DNA of 64,000 nt from Octopus vulgaris. Taxonomy: Eukaryota. How positions within the stretch are numbered: position 1 is the first letter of the stretch; each line of letters opens with the position of its first letter. This document shows positions 1 through 13,434 of this stretch, piece by piece. The translations under genes were made by a program, and so were the position numbers. The notes beneath the pieces were generated by a model. The model worked only from the letters and a program-made list of their open reading frames with translations. It did not search any database and was not told the origin of the DNA. The DNA is taken from the NCBI GenBank assembly GCA_951406725.2, contig OX597840.1, forward strand, positions 21,328,001-21,392,000, given 5' to 3'.

Positions 1-36
1 ACTTCTCACACCACGAGTCAACAAGACTCTCTGCAT

Positions 37-359
37 CAGCGGTTCACAACCGGAGTCCATGTGCCCCTTGGGAGCCCCATGTGCCCCTTGGGAGCCCCAT
101 GTGCCCCTTGGGAGCCCCATGTGCCCCTTGGGAGCCCAGATAAGATTTTTTTGTTAAAAATCATCTCCAATCATTGGTCAAACTTCTACAATACACAAAA
201 TATTTCAATTTTTTTGTTCTTTTTTTATACGGTTCCTCATAATATCTAATCCTAAAAATATAACCAGAATTTTCAGACATCAAATGGCTTTGAGGGTCCT
301 CTTCTGGGTAAAATAAGAAGCAAAGGGATTCATAAGTGAAAAATGGTTGAGACCCACTG
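37..359 (+). mobile_element. hAT/Charlie-like MITE with an internal 20-bp tandem repeat
   Basis: Termini CAGCGGTTCACAACC / GGTTGAGACCCACTG; degenerate 8-bp TSD ctctgcat/cactacat; (CCATGTGCCCCTTGGGAGCC)x~4 at 57-138; related copies at 8457, 42188, 42925. Confidence 0.75.
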
Positions 360-710
360 CACTACATGGTCATACAACTTGCTAGAAATAGCAGTGAAAT
401 CCCATCCAAAGGCACTGATTCTTGGTTTATTTGACTTGTAAACTGGCAACGAAGCAAGACAGATGACTGACATATTTCACAAAAGTTTAAAAAAGGAATG
501 GTGTACTTTAATTGACTAAAGTTAAAAATTGCTGGCATTCTTTGAATACCAAGTTAAAAATTACTGGTACATTCTTCACATCTTTCATTTATCTCTAATC
601 TTTATCTCTTCCTTGTTTCAGTTGGACCCAATATGAAGACAGGAGTTGGCTCGTTGGGTTGAGCACTTCATTGAAGGGCTTCAGGGGAAAAAACTGCACC
701 CCTTACCTAT

Positions 711-994
711 TTACTCTTTTATTTGTTTCAGTCATTTGACTGTGGCTAGGCTGGAGCACTACCTATAAAGATTTTTTAGGCAAAGAAATCGACCCCCAGA
801 ACTTATTCTTTGTAAGCCAAGCACTTATTCTATCGGTCTTTTTTGCTGAACCGCTAAGTTACAGTGACATAAACACACCAACACCAGAGGTCAAGTGATG
901 GTGGGGAGACAAACACAAAGACCCACCCACACACTTCCTTGCAGTTTCCTTCTACTAAATCCACCCACAAGGCTTTGGTTGACCTGAGGCTATA
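711..994 (-). mobile_element. SINE family A, 5'-truncated
   Basis: Reverse complement of the body and tail of the full copies at 5031 and 15958. Confidence 0.9.
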
Positions 995-1116
995 TATATA
1001 TATATATATAGAAAACAAGCTTTTTATCAAACAACGAAAGAAACAAATAGGTGACAGGGCAACATAAAGAACATTCCCTTCATCAGTTGTCCTTTCTTTT
1101 ATCAGGTAAGTTATAC

Positions 1117-1161
<45 letters not shown>

Positions 1162-1683
1162 TCATATGTACTTGCAGATAGGTCACGCTTTTTCTCTTTT
1201 ACCAAAAATTTTGATAACCATCAGGGGTGCGACCTATCCACTGAGCATCACCAGGATCTGAAGTAGACGCCTGATGAACAAATGCAAGGAATATTTGTTT
1301 GACTACGAAGAAGAACTGTTGGGTTTCAATCCTGAATGAAGTTAAAGAACTCTATCTCAATGAATAAACACTTTTCTTATGTAACATTTGTTTTCTGTTC
1401 TGTTCTGTTTGTAATTCAAGACGTTTTTCTTGTCAAGTTGATATTTATTGATTTTTTTCCCTCTGAGTTGATTTATCTTTCGTAGTTATTTCCACAAAAA
1501 TGCTTTAATATTTTGCAAGCAAAGTTTTGAAATAAAGGTGAATATTTGATCATATTTAACAAATATTAGCTATATTTACGTCAAAAAGAGTCATGTAAAC
1601 CCCCAAACACAATTTATAGTGCAGCCTGTCTGCATGCCAACCCCAAACTGAGGGTGTAACATATCCATGAGTGTGTGTGTGTG

Positions 1684-1717
<34 letters not shown>

Positions 1718-1721
<4 letters not shown>

Positions 1722-1908
1722 TCATCATTTAACGTCCGCTTTCCATGCTAGCATGGGTTGGACGGTTCGACTGGGGTCTGGGAAGCCAGGAGGCTGCACC
1801 AGGCTCCAGTCTGATCTGACAGTGTTTCTACAGCTGGATGCCCTTCCTAACGCCAACCACTCCGAGAGTGTAGTGCGTGCTTTTTACGTGCCACCTGCAC
1901 AGGTGCCA
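1718..1908 (-). mobile_element. Family B: 3' end of the RTE-clade LINE (5'-truncated copy or tail-sharing SINE)
   Basis: Matches 38890-39072 in reverse; (GAT)n tail; adjoins (TA)n. Confidence 0.85.
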
Positions 1909-2439
1909 GACGATGATATACACACAGTGAAAACCATGTCTAATTATAGGGAAATATTACTTTGTTCAGAAATATGTGAGGGCAGGTGACAGGAAGAGAA
2001 CCCAGCTGACGAAAATCTGCCTTGGTAAATTCTGTCTGACCCATACAAGTGTGGAAAAGGGGTCATTAAATGATGATTATGATGACCACAAGGTCCAGTT
2101 GCAGTGTGGGGACCTCTGTGTGTCTCAAGGTGCAAGCATGTAGTAGGGCCTCCATGCTGGACAGGTCAAAAGATAAAGGCTAGACTTAATATGGACCACC
2201 TCTTTCCCAGAGATAAAAATGGGATTGTAGAGGGTTTAGCACCCCTACCTAGAAAAAAGGGAACTTAAGAAGCTTTGATGACAATTCAAAGCCAAGACCT
2301 AGGAGAGGAAGGCTTTCAAAGACAGGAGAGAAAAGTCGATGGCCTGTCCTTCATAGGGAGCAAAGTGCTTAATTAAGTATAATTTATCCGAAACCTTATT
2401 ATTTAATGTGTCCTTCCTTATTATTAAGATGGTACAATG

Positions 2440-2710
2440 TGAATTAAGGGGTATTTGGCTGCTATTTCTTGCTAGGTCAAACGACCACATAAAAGGTTGT
2501 GTCACTGGCTTTGGGATTATTGTTGCTTAGTTTCGTATCAACCCGATTGAGTAAAGCAACGATCAAAATTATTCCAGCCGTGACCTTCCCGTCTATTTTC
2601 TTCAATTACCCCCAACCAGTGTATTACTGATTACAAACTGCTTCTTTTTGATAAACACAGGAATTTGAAGGGAAGGAGTTTGAGCTGCTATTTCTAGCAT
2701 GTCCAGCGTA
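2440..2710 (-). repeat. Old dispersed repeat family F
   Basis: Carries the recurrent motif CTAGAAATAGCAGCCAAATC in reverse, seen in many degenerate copies across the window. Confidence 0.6.
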
Positions 2711-3317
2711 CACTATTTGGCAAAGTAGAAATTGTTTTAAAGTGACGAGAGTTCATTGTTATTCGTTTTTCTAATTTTATTGTCAGCTCGTTACTAAGCT
2801 TTGACAAAGAAATTACCACCGACTGTCACACGGGGGGGGTCAATGGGGTGGCAGGGGGTTTAAAACAAAACACTACAACACGCCCACGCATTACCATAGT
2901 TAGTTATCCCCGTCGATGGTGGGGGGTGGGGTGAAGCGGGGACGAAAAGGGGTCAGTCATTGAACCTCTGTCGCGGACAGAAGTCAATAGTGAGAAAAGA
3001 AACGGTGTATGTGTGTGTGTTGCGCCTGAGTGAGAGGAAGTGTGTAGGCCAGTGTGTGTGTGGAGGGGAGAGAGAGAGAGAGAGCACCTGCATGAGTGTG
3101 TGTGTGTGTGTGTGTGTGTGAGCGTGTGTAGCTGCTTGTGTGCATGCGTGTGTATATAAGAATGTATGTGAATAGAGGAGTTAAGAAAAAAGGACTCGTG
3201 ATGGCGAGCAAATCTTACAATACAAGACATGCACAAAACACACACCCATATTTATTTTTTAAAATTTTTATCTAGTTTCAGCTCACAAGCTGTGGCCATG
3301 CTGGGGCACCGCCATTT

Positions 3318-3376
3318 ATACATACATACATACATACATACACACCCATACATACATACATACACACCCATATACA

Positions 3377-3412
<36 letters not shown>

Positions 3413-3495
3413 TACATACATACACACCCATATACATACATACATACATACATATATACATACATACACACCCATATACATATATACATACATAC
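3318..3495. repeat. (CATA)n compound microsatellite
   Basis: Direct inspection. Confidence 0.95.
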
Positions 3496-4134
3496 AGCAG
3501 CCACACAGACACACACACAAATAGCCTTACGCATACACATACGTATATGTGCGCACGAATGTGGCAATTAGCGTCAGTATTTTTATACACCCAGGGTTTC
3601 GTACTACATCTTAAGTAGTGTATATATTATACACACACACACACACACATACACACATCTGTATATAATAAACAGACTCCTACTCATACACACACACACA
3701 GAGAAAGAAGGGCTGTGGGGGGAGCGCCAGTGAGCAAGAGAGCAAGAGAGTACGAGTGTGCATGTGTGAGGAGAGGACTTCCTGCGCTGGAAGAGAGAGA
3801 GAAGAGAGGAGAGAAAGGAAGAAGGCAAAGCGAGCAAGACACCAACCGAAAAAAAACCAAGCAGCAGCGAGTGTGGTGTGTGTAGTATTTATTATAAGAG
3901 AGAGAATGAATGGAATCAAGTTAGGTGACCTATAAGTGAGGAAGCAGTCAGGCCCCTTCCTGTCTGACGCGATGGCTGGTAGGGCTGGATGGTTGGTTGG
4001 TTGGCTGAAAAGGATGGTTGATGGTTGGCACAGAGCTTGGCAGCTGGTTTCATCTGCCAATTTCAATAGGGGTGTGTAGAAGGCCACGAAGTGTGTGTGT
4101 GTTTATGTCAATATACGTGTATATGTTGATATGT

Positions 4135-4531
4135 ATAATATATATATATACACACACATATACATACATATATATATATACACATATATACACACATATA
4201 TATACACATACACACATACATATATATATATATACACATATATATATACACACATATATATATACACACATATATATATACATATACACATATATATATA
4301 CACACATATATATATATATACACACACATATATATATATATACACACACATATATACACACATATATATATACACATATATATATACACACATAAATATA
4401 TATATACACACATATATATACACACACACATATATATACACACATGTATATATACACACACACATATTTATACACGCACACACACACACACACATATACA
4501 CAGATATATATATATACATACATATATACAT

Positions 4532-4566
<35 letters not shown>

Positions 4567-4582
4567 AACACACATATATATA
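4135..4582. repeat. (TA)n/(CA)n compound microsatellite
   Basis: Direct inspection. Confidence 0.95.
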
Positions 4583-4830
4583 ACGAAGTGTGTATACATA
4601 TTTTGATTAGGATTAAATAATGTATATATATATGCGTGTGTGTGTGTGTATATATATATTTTTTTTTCTGCATATGGAGACAGACGTTGCATGCGAGTGT
4701 TCAGTAGAACTATGCATGCTTATATTTAGACACCCGTGTGCATATATACAGTATATCGTAAACACACATAGGCACAAATTATATAGATATATCTGTCCTC
4801 ATTTTATTCTTCAATTCCTCCAGATTATAT

Positions 4831-5420
4831 GGTGTGGCATGGCTGTGTGGAAAGAGGCTTGCTTTCCAACCACAAGGGTCTGGGTTCAGTCTCACTGCAT
4901 GGCACCTTGGCCAAATAACTGTCGTAGTGTCTCCTACTATGGCCCCCACACTGACCGAAACCTTGTGAGTAAATTCCGCAGTTGGAAAGTGAAAGAAGCC
5001 CACTGTATGTTAACTGTATGTATGTATACAGGGTGTAGGAGTGGCTGTGTGGTAAGTAGCTTGCTTACTAACCACATGGTCGGGGTTCAGTCCCACTGCG
5101 TGGCACCTTGGTTAAGTGTCTTCTACTATAGCCTCGGGCTGACCAAAGCCTTGTGAGTGGATTTGGTAGACGGAAACTGAAAGAAGCCCGTCGTATATAT
5201 GTATATGTATATATGTCTGTGTGTGCTTGTGTTTGTCCCCCAACATCGCTTGACAACCGATGCTGGTGTGTTTACGTCCCCATAACTTAGTGGTTCAGCA
5301 AAAGAGACCGATAGATTAAGTACTAGGCTCACAAAGAATAAGTCCTGGGGTTGATGTGCTCGACTAAAGGCAGTGCTCCAGCATGGCCACAGCCAAATGA
5401 CTGCAAGAAGCAAAAGAGTG
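4831..5420 (+). mobile_element. SINE family A: diverged head (4831-5010) followed by a full copy (5031-5420)
   Basis: tRNA-like head with A box TGGCTGTGTGG and B box GGTTCAGTCCC, CORE-like ACCTTGGGCAAGTG segment, internal TA/TG microsatellite, tail GCATGGCC.CAGTCAAATGACTGAAACAAGTAAAAGAG. Confidence 0.9.
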
Positions 5421-5814
5421 TATATATATATATAAACCGATACTATGCAGTCTTTAAAAGGACATTACCGAAGTCAGGATCAATTGAGTATAGTAAATTT
5501 GACTAATTGGAATCCATCTGCATCCACTGAGATTATCCAACATTGTTAACCAATAAGAGAGAGCAGGGTACCCGCTAGATTTATATGTGCCTCTTAACCA
5601 TTTTGGGAAATATATATCAGAAGTCTATGACTGCGATGAAGACAGCATTAATTCTTTAAGATCGTTCAATTTTTGTCAGCCAATCAACGGACCAATTGAG
5701 CAAAGTGCTCAATGAACAAACCTATAATGACCATCAGAAACAGCTGTGAGTCAAATTCAGTACAATAAAGAAATGTGTAATGACTATTACACCTTGTCTG
5801 TCTGTCTGTATCAA

Positions 5815-6130
5815 CATCATCGTTTAACATCCTCTTTCCATGCAGGCACGGGTTGGACAGTTTGACTGAGGACTGGCCAGGCAGGAGCAAGCACCATGCT
5901 TCTGTGTGTTTTGGCATGGTTTTTATGGTTGGATGCCCTTCTGAACACCAACCTTCCCGTAGACTGGGCTGAGTGCTTTTTACGTGGCACAAGCACAGGC
6001 GGGGTTAGTTTTGGCATGGTCTTTATAGCTGGATGCCTTTCCAAATGCCAACCACTTCATAGTGTGGACTGGGTGCTTTTGAAGTGGCACCTGCACTGAC
6101 AGGGTCACCAAGTAACTTGCAAGACAAGGA
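5815..6130 (-). mobile_element. Family B variant with two GGAAGGGCATCC modules
   Basis: Reverse homologue of 17845-18192. Confidence 0.75.
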
Positions 6131-6193
6131 ATGTTTGAGAGGAGAGCGAGAAGTGGAGGAGGTGATTTTGTGTCAGATGATAAATGGTTAGAG

Positions 6194-6394
6194 CAGTGGT
6201 TTTCAACCAGGGTTCCGCCAGTACAGTCCAAGGGTTCTGCAAGAAGTTACAAAACTGCAAAAATCGGCAGTAAGTTTTAAGTCTCCTGTGCAGATATGTA
6301 TGCATAAGACTATTAAATTATTGCACAGGGGTTCCTCGAGCCAGTGGAATGCTTCCTTGGAGTTCCGCTCCATCAAAAAGTTTGAGAAGCACTG
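6194..6394. mobile_element. hAT/Charlie-like MITE
   Basis: TIRs CAGTGGTTTTCAA / TTGAGAAGCACTG; perfect 8-bp TSD GGTTAGAG at 6186-6193 and 6395-6402. Confidence 0.9.
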
Positions 6395-6918
6395 GGTTAG
6401 AGTGAGACAGAGAGACAGAAACAGGTGTCTTGCTGTAGAGGAGGTACATGGTTACCCAACCCGAGAGAGAGGAGAGCACATGTGTGTGTGTGTGTGTGCA
6501 CATGTTGCTATCTCCTGACCCTGACATCACATGATAATTGTAAACAAATGTCACCAACATGCAAGCATAAATAAATAACTACATATGATATACTAACACT
6601 ATGTTCTATGGGGACAGCTGACTTTCCCATCAAACCAAAGAAACCATATTTCCAATGGTTTCTTTTTTAATTACAAACACTATCACCCAGTCAGAACCCT
6701 TACCTGAAGGGTTGCCATTTTTTTAGTGATGGGGCAGAATTTGATCTCAGGATGCAGGAGGAGTCTTGCCTGGTGATCATCTACTCCAGACTGGTATCTT
6801 TGTATTGATCTTGAAAGGATGAACAACAAAGATGTCTCTGATGAGATTTCAACTGAGAAAATTACAGAGTTGGAACAAAGGCAGCGAGGCATTCTACCCA
6901 CCACAAACCATTCTGTTA

Positions 6919-6946
6919 AGACGGAAACTAAAAGAAGCCCGTCGTA

Positions 6947-6989
<43 letters not shown>

Positions 6990-7215
6990 GTGTGTGTATA
7001 TGTTTGTGTGTCTGCATTTGTCCCCCCAGCATTGCTTGACAACCGATGCTGGTGTGTTTACGTCCCCGTAACTTAGCGGTTCGGCTAAAGAGACCGATAG
7101 AATAAGTACTAGGCTTACAAAGAGTAAGTCCTGGGGTGGATTTGCTAGACTTAAGGCGGTGCTCCAGCATGGCCGCATTCAAATGACTGAAACAAGTAAA
7201 AGAGTAAAGAGAGTA
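6919..7215 (+). mobile_element. SINE family A, 5'-truncated
   Basis: Homologous to 5170-5420. Confidence 0.9.
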
Positions 7216-7567
7216 CATATGTAACTTTATCCTGTTGTGTCGTCATCAAAGTTTTACCTGGCCTGTTTCTACCTGTTGGAAATTTTATCTGAAGTGCTGG
7301 AATTATGCTATGGCATAATCTATGAATACATCAATAAAATTCTTTTGAAACTGTAATCAATTCTAGATCCTCATTTGTGTTCTTTTTACATTTATAATAT
7401 TATAATAATAATATTAGGGAGTATAACTCCAAATTTACAGGGAAAAATTCAATTTAGTATTAAATCAAATTTCACAGTATAAATATATAAAATATAAATT
7501 AGAGATAAAACCACAATTAGGCAACTCAAACAGTGATCTAGTTACAAGTTATATATTATTAAAAAAA

Positions 7568-7599
<32 letters not shown>

Positions 7600-7602
7600 C
7601 AC

Positions 7603-7760
7603 TTTATTTAAAAGCAGCAGAAAATTCAACAAAACTTGTTACTCGGAGTTTCACGTTGCCATTCGTTGGACAGTTTTTTCTAGCAAAAACTGTCAGACGA
7701 ACGGGAACGTGAAACTCAGAGTAACAGGTTTTGTTGAATTTTCTGCTGCTTTTAAATAAA
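7603..7760. mobile_element. Fold-back (Penelope-like pLTR) palindrome with a hammerhead-like motif in each arm
   Basis: ~77-bp inverted arms around a CTAGC centre; + arm reads ctgt CAGACGA acgggaacgt GAAA ctcagag TA acag; flanked by (TA)n. Confidence 0.7.
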
Positions 7761-7830
7761 ACATATTACTCTACCACTGGTTTTTGAGTACTCTTTTTTC
7801 CACCTTGTTTCACATTTATGTGTTTACTCC

Positions 7831-7879
<49 letters not shown>

Positions 7880-8456
7880 TGTTATTTATGTATTGGTTTA
7901 TGTCTATCACTGTTTGAGTTGCATAATAGTGGTTTTATCTCTAATTTATATTTTATACAATATTACATATATAAATGCAAAACCGCTCTGCAGGCTGTAA
8001 CGGTCAACAAAATAGAAACAAAAATTTTAAAATTCATTCTTTCTGTGTGTCTCGGTACCAAAAGATCACTGGCCCTGTAGGGGGGCACTGCAACCCAGTG
8101 GTTGAAAACCCCTACTCGATATTATAGCTTAACTCACAGAAATAGCAGCTTAATCACTCCATTTAAGATGAAAGCGAAGGCTTGAAACATTAGGTTATAC
8201 AATCCTTACGACAAATAAACTAAGGGAACTCTTCTACTGGTCCCTTCCACCCTCTACACCTTCACTTCCCTGTGGAATCCCGATTTTGGATCATTGGTTA
8301 AAATTCGAAGAATTAAACTACATTAAACTTACAAATTACAATTTTGCTTTCAATTTTGTTTACAATAATGTTTTCTTTTGACACATTCTACCAGTATACG
8401 AAGTTTCAAATTAATTAGTTAACTAGAAAATTCCGTCCATCAAAAGGACTCCAGAT

Positions 8457-8684
8457 CAGTGGTTCACAGTAATTTTTTCTTTTTACCTATGGACCCCCTC
8501 GATTCTAATTACAGCCATTTGATGTTTTAAAATCCTATAAGATTTTCATAATTAAATATTAATAGGAATTGTATTTAAAAAATTGTTAAAATACTTTGTG
8601 TATTGTCGAAGTGTAACAAACTAATTAGACACAAAATTTAATAAGGGAATCTGATAAGGACCCCCTCCCACTTCCGGTTGAGAC
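8457..8684 (-). mobile_element. hAT-like MITE, same family as 37-359
   Basis: CAGTGGTTCAC start, GGTTGAGAC end, TSD ctccagat/caccagat. Confidence 0.65.
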
Positions 8685-9188
8685 ACACCAGATAAAAAGT
8701 CATGTCCAACTGGGGTGTCGTGACACCCTCGGGTATCGGAGACAGTGAGTTAAGGGTGCCATTCAAATTCAAATAACTGACACAATAAAATGTTAATAGG
8801 GGTGTTGTTTACTTTAAGGAATGGGAGATTGAATGACGAGGCAGGTCACAGAAACAGCAACCCCATTCACCACCACCACCAGCCCCTTTCAGTTGTGTTC
8901 CCTAAACCCGACACATATTTCTGAAATATTTAAATATATTTTTTCAAACCCGGCGCATCTTAGATCACATCATCCAGTGTGTACGTTTAAGACAGTAAGG
9001 TGTGATCTGAGGGAGATTTGACTGCTCTTTCAAGCAAATCGAGAGACCAGGTCGAGACTGTTTCACAGGTTTGTGAGTGAGTGTATATATTGAAGTACAA
9101 GGAAAAAAACAAATTAAAATGGGGAGGTGCTGGTTAGAATTACAAACACAACGGCTTTGAGGGATTAAACAGAAAGGGTTAACTTAGA

Positions 9189-9189
<1 letters not shown>

Positions 9190-9231
<42 letters not shown>

Positions 9232-9418
9232 TATATACACACACACACACATATATATATACACACACACACACACATATATATACACACACACACACAC
9301 ATATATATATATACACACACACACATATATATATATATACACACACACACATATATATATATATACACACACACACACATATATATATATACACACACAC
9401 ACATATATATATATATAT

Positions 9419-9473
<55 letters not shown>

Positions 9474-9530
9474 CATATATACACACATACACACACACAC
9501 ATATATATATTTATATATATATATATATAT

Positions 9531-9562
<32 letters not shown>

Positions 9563-9565
9563 TAC
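9190..9565. repeat. (CA)n(TA)n compound microsatellite
   Basis: Direct inspection. Confidence 0.95.
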
Positions 9566-10087
9566 TTGTATCAACACGTTTATATACACGTAAGATGTAT
9601 ATAATTGAGTGCACGAAATATCTTAGGCTTCTTTTCAGTTTCCACCTACCAAATAAGCTCAATAAGCATTGGACGGCCCTGGGCTATAGTGGAAGACACC
9701 AGAGGTGCAATGTATATATATACAAACATACATACACGTATACACACACAAAAATGTCTATAATATACACACCCACACAAGGCACATATTTTAATAGTTT
9801 CCTGGCCTCAATCCGACCGCAACGTAAAACAATAAACAAATATAAGAACAAAGAATAATTAATTTAATTAAAATTTCTTGATTAATTAGATAGCGACATC
9901 TGGCGCACACACACGGTACCAATAAATGTCCGGTCCGTTAACTGGAATAAGTTCCGTAGTATAAGGGATATTAGCCAACCGAATATGGCTAGGGACAGGG
10001 CAGTTCCGTAGTGATTCGGGGGAAAGGCCTCTTTCCGTTTGAATAGCAAATGGCCTGAGAAAGAGATACAATACGAAGGTATAAGTT

Positions 10088-10312
10088 GCAGGCGTGGCTG
10101 CGTGGTGAAGAAGCTTGACTCCAAATCATGGGGTCATGGGTTCAGAGCCACTGTGTAGCACCTCGGGTGTCTTCCACTATAGCCCAGGACCGACCAATGC
10201 CTAATTGAGTTTATTTGCTAGGTGGAAAATGGAAAAAGCCTATATATATATATATATATATATCTTTCATCTAGTTTCAGCTCACGAGCTGTGGCCATAC
10301 TGGAGCACCGCC

Positions 10313-10356
<44 letters not shown>

Positions 10357-10610
10357 TTATGTGTATCTACATGAGTGTGTGTGTGTGTGTCTATCTTTGT
10401 GCTCGCCATCCACCACAGCCTGAACAGCCGGCGTTGGTTTGTTAATATCCCCATAACTTAGTGATTCGGCAAAAAAAAAAAGACCGATAGAATGAGTACC
10501 AAACTTAAAAAAAAACAAAACAAAGTATTGGAGGATTCGATTTGTTCGACTAAACCCTTGAAGGCCGATGCCCCGGCATGGCCACAAAACCAAAAACTGA
10601 GACGAGTCTA
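10088..10610 (+). mobile_element. SINE family A, diverged, with insertions in its internal microsatellite
   Basis: Head at 10088-10235 and body/tail at 10380-10610. Confidence 0.75.
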
Positions 10611-10950
10611 AGATGAAGTCTAAGCTGTTTAGACCATCCACAAAGCAGAGAGAGACAGGAGACAGTTGGTGATTGTAATGTCCCGTCTAATTTGTTAGAT
10701 ATAGGTTATTATAGACACCGTAAATGAGTGCAAAACCGTATATTCTTGAATATCAATTAGGAATTTCCCAGCTTCTCAGTCAAGTTTCCCCATTTAGACA
10801 GCAGCGAATGAATGGCGATCTCTCTCTCTCTCCTGTTAACACCGATGATATACATACATATATATACATATATACATCCGTATATACTTGTAGGTCTGTT
10901 GGTACAAACAGGAAAATAGAACTCGAAGCATCAGCGTTTGTGTGTGTTTG

Positions 10951-11247
10951 GGCGATCTTTCGTCTCTAGTAGACCTTTCCGTCGATTTCCGTAAAAAATT
11001 TTTTTTTTTTACATATGGGCTTGCGGGAACTTTTGAAGTAATGAGAGCGAAAGAGACTAAGAGAAAGCGATTGTATGACGAGGGAAGTTCTTTTGAAGTT
11101 ACCGTGCATGTGAAGCATTGATGTACATGTGTGTGTGTGTGTGTGTTTGATGGGGTGTGGGAGAAGTTCCCGCAAGCCCATATGTAAAAAAAAAAAATTT
11201 TTTTTACGGAAATCGACGGAAAGGTCTACTAGAGACGAAAGATCGCC
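10951..11247. mobile_element. MITE with ~83-bp TIRs and 8-bp TSD (Merlin-like)
   Basis: TIR GGCGATCTTTCGTCTCTAGTAGACC...GCGGGAACTT matches the right end almost perfectly; TSD TGTGTTTG at 10943-10950 and 11248-11255. GG termini plus an 8-bp TSD fit Merlin; superfamily call is tentative. Confidence 0.85.
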
Positions 11248-13222
11248 TGTGTTTGTATTAATAATCGGCAAAGCTTACTGCCTCAAGCGCTGGAGGACCA
11301 ACAATAAACGAAACTTTCGGCCCTCGAGTTACACAGCAACTTCTGCCATTTAATAACAAAATTCATTTACTCATGTCTATTTATGTGTGGAAAGAGGGAA
11401 ACGAATTGCTTTTCGTAATGTCTAAATTTCAAAGCGATATTATAGACGCCCGCGCTAATGTCTCTATTGAAACACATATATAATACATTGTTTTTTCTTC
11501 CTTTCGCAATAGAAAAGACACACAAAAGCGGTCAATGGGGAGGCCCTTGTGTTTCAAAAGCGAGCAGAATGGGAAAGTTTATCATATGACACACAGACAC
11601 ACACACACACACAAAGATAATCAAAGAAGAGGAAAAAGTAAAAGAAAAGAGAGGGACTGGGTTACGGTTTCCTTTTGTGTGTCTCTTATCATTACACATC
11701 TACACACACATCCACACAATTATATGAGCTGATATACCACAAGGCAAGTTAAATGCAGCCACACCCACAAACACAGACCAACAAACGGGACCTTAAATCA
11801 TTAAACCAACTGATAAAAACCCCCCAAAAAACGGTAGTAGACGTAGTGGTGATGAGGGACGACATGGCTTAATGTAGTCCTCGATACACTATGCCTGAAT
11901 ATAAGACAGTAGAGTCTTCTAATGGGGAATGCTTTGAACATGTGTTTGCTGTATGGGTCAGGTGGGGTGAACAAAGGTTAATTAACGATTTGGACAAGAA
12001 CGGTTCCACTACTGTATAATGGTGGTCACGCATCCGTTACATGAATTGAATAAACGGAATGGTCGAGGGTGGAGCGCTTTTGATCGTAGGACTGACCTAG
12101 AACTAAAACAGCCACAAAGCTATGTATTCCGTGTGTGCGTATGAATATTGTTACGGATTTTAACCGAAAAAAATAGGGTGGTAACCGACGATATAGTTGT
12201 ACTAAAGAATATGTCACACCACACGAAGACACACACATACATAGAATTCTGAAAGCGGGGTGCTCCAGCCTGGCCTTCGTATCGTGACTAAACTAAATAA
12301 AAGCCAAAACTTATATAAAAGGTTGGGTGGGAGAGAAAATAAGACTTTCGAACGAATAATCGCAGGCGTGGCCTGTAGTAAGAAGCTTGCCTCACGACTG
12401 TATTGTTCTGGGTTCAGACGTACTGTGTGGCACCCATGGAAGGACCAGAGCTTTGTGGAGCGGATTTGGAAACTGAAAGAAGCCCGTCGTGTGTGTGTGT
12501 GTGTGTGATGAGTGACTAAACTATTCAGGGCGGTGCCCCAGCATGGCCGCAGTCTAATGGCAGAATCAAGAAAACGAATTAAAAAGAATAAAATTCATTT
12601 TCATTGAGCTCAATAAAAAAAAAAACTGGATTTTAAGGTCGAAGGTTGCCTGTGGTGGAGTTCGAACTCATATCTTTTGTAAACATGCCATCAAAAATAT
12701 TTTTTTTTAATGCACACACACACACGAACGCACGCCCGCGCGCTTTCTACTTGTTCCACTTACTGGAGCGCGGCCATGCTGGGGCACCGCTTCGATAGGT
12801 TCAGCGAAACACCTCGACCTCAATATGTACTCCATGAATTTTTTCCTTTTCCCCTCTGCTTCAACACCGGTCGAATCAACGAACTGAAATGAACTTCACC
12901 CATCTTAATTCATTCACAAAGCATCGAACCACCCGGAGAGGTGCAGGTGCCTTCGTGTGGGACCGAACCATGCACCAAATAAATACACATACTGCTCATC
13001 ATATACAATAGACATATATATAAATATATACACACACATATATACATACATACGATACATATATATATAAATACACGCGCAGCAAATCGTTATCTATTTT
13101 CGAATGTCCATTCATTTTTAGCTCAGATTATCTCTCGAAATATTAACTTCCTTTATGCGTTTAGTATGGAAAATATTTTCCTTATATTTACGAGACACTA
13201 TTTCCCTCGCACACACACATTA

Positions 13223-13263
<41 letters not shown>

Positions 13264-13265
13264 AA

Positions 13266-13298
<33 letters not shown>

Positions 13299-13353
13299 TA
13301 TAGAGAGATATGTATGTATATATATATATAGAGAGAGAGAGAGAGATATTATG

Positions 13354-13434
<81 letters not shown>

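Noticed and set aside
1050-1300. CTGATGA motifs at ~1080 (-) and 1271 (+)
   Set aside because: A partial stem follows but there is no GAAA/UH half, so these are not hammerheads as written.
3680-4087. 135-aa minus-strand ORF in GA-rich unique sequence
   Set aside because: Low complexity, non-ATG start, no homology recognised.
5031-5110. tRNA genes at SINE heads
   Set aside because: A/B boxes are present but there is no full cloverleaf, and each continues into a SINE body.
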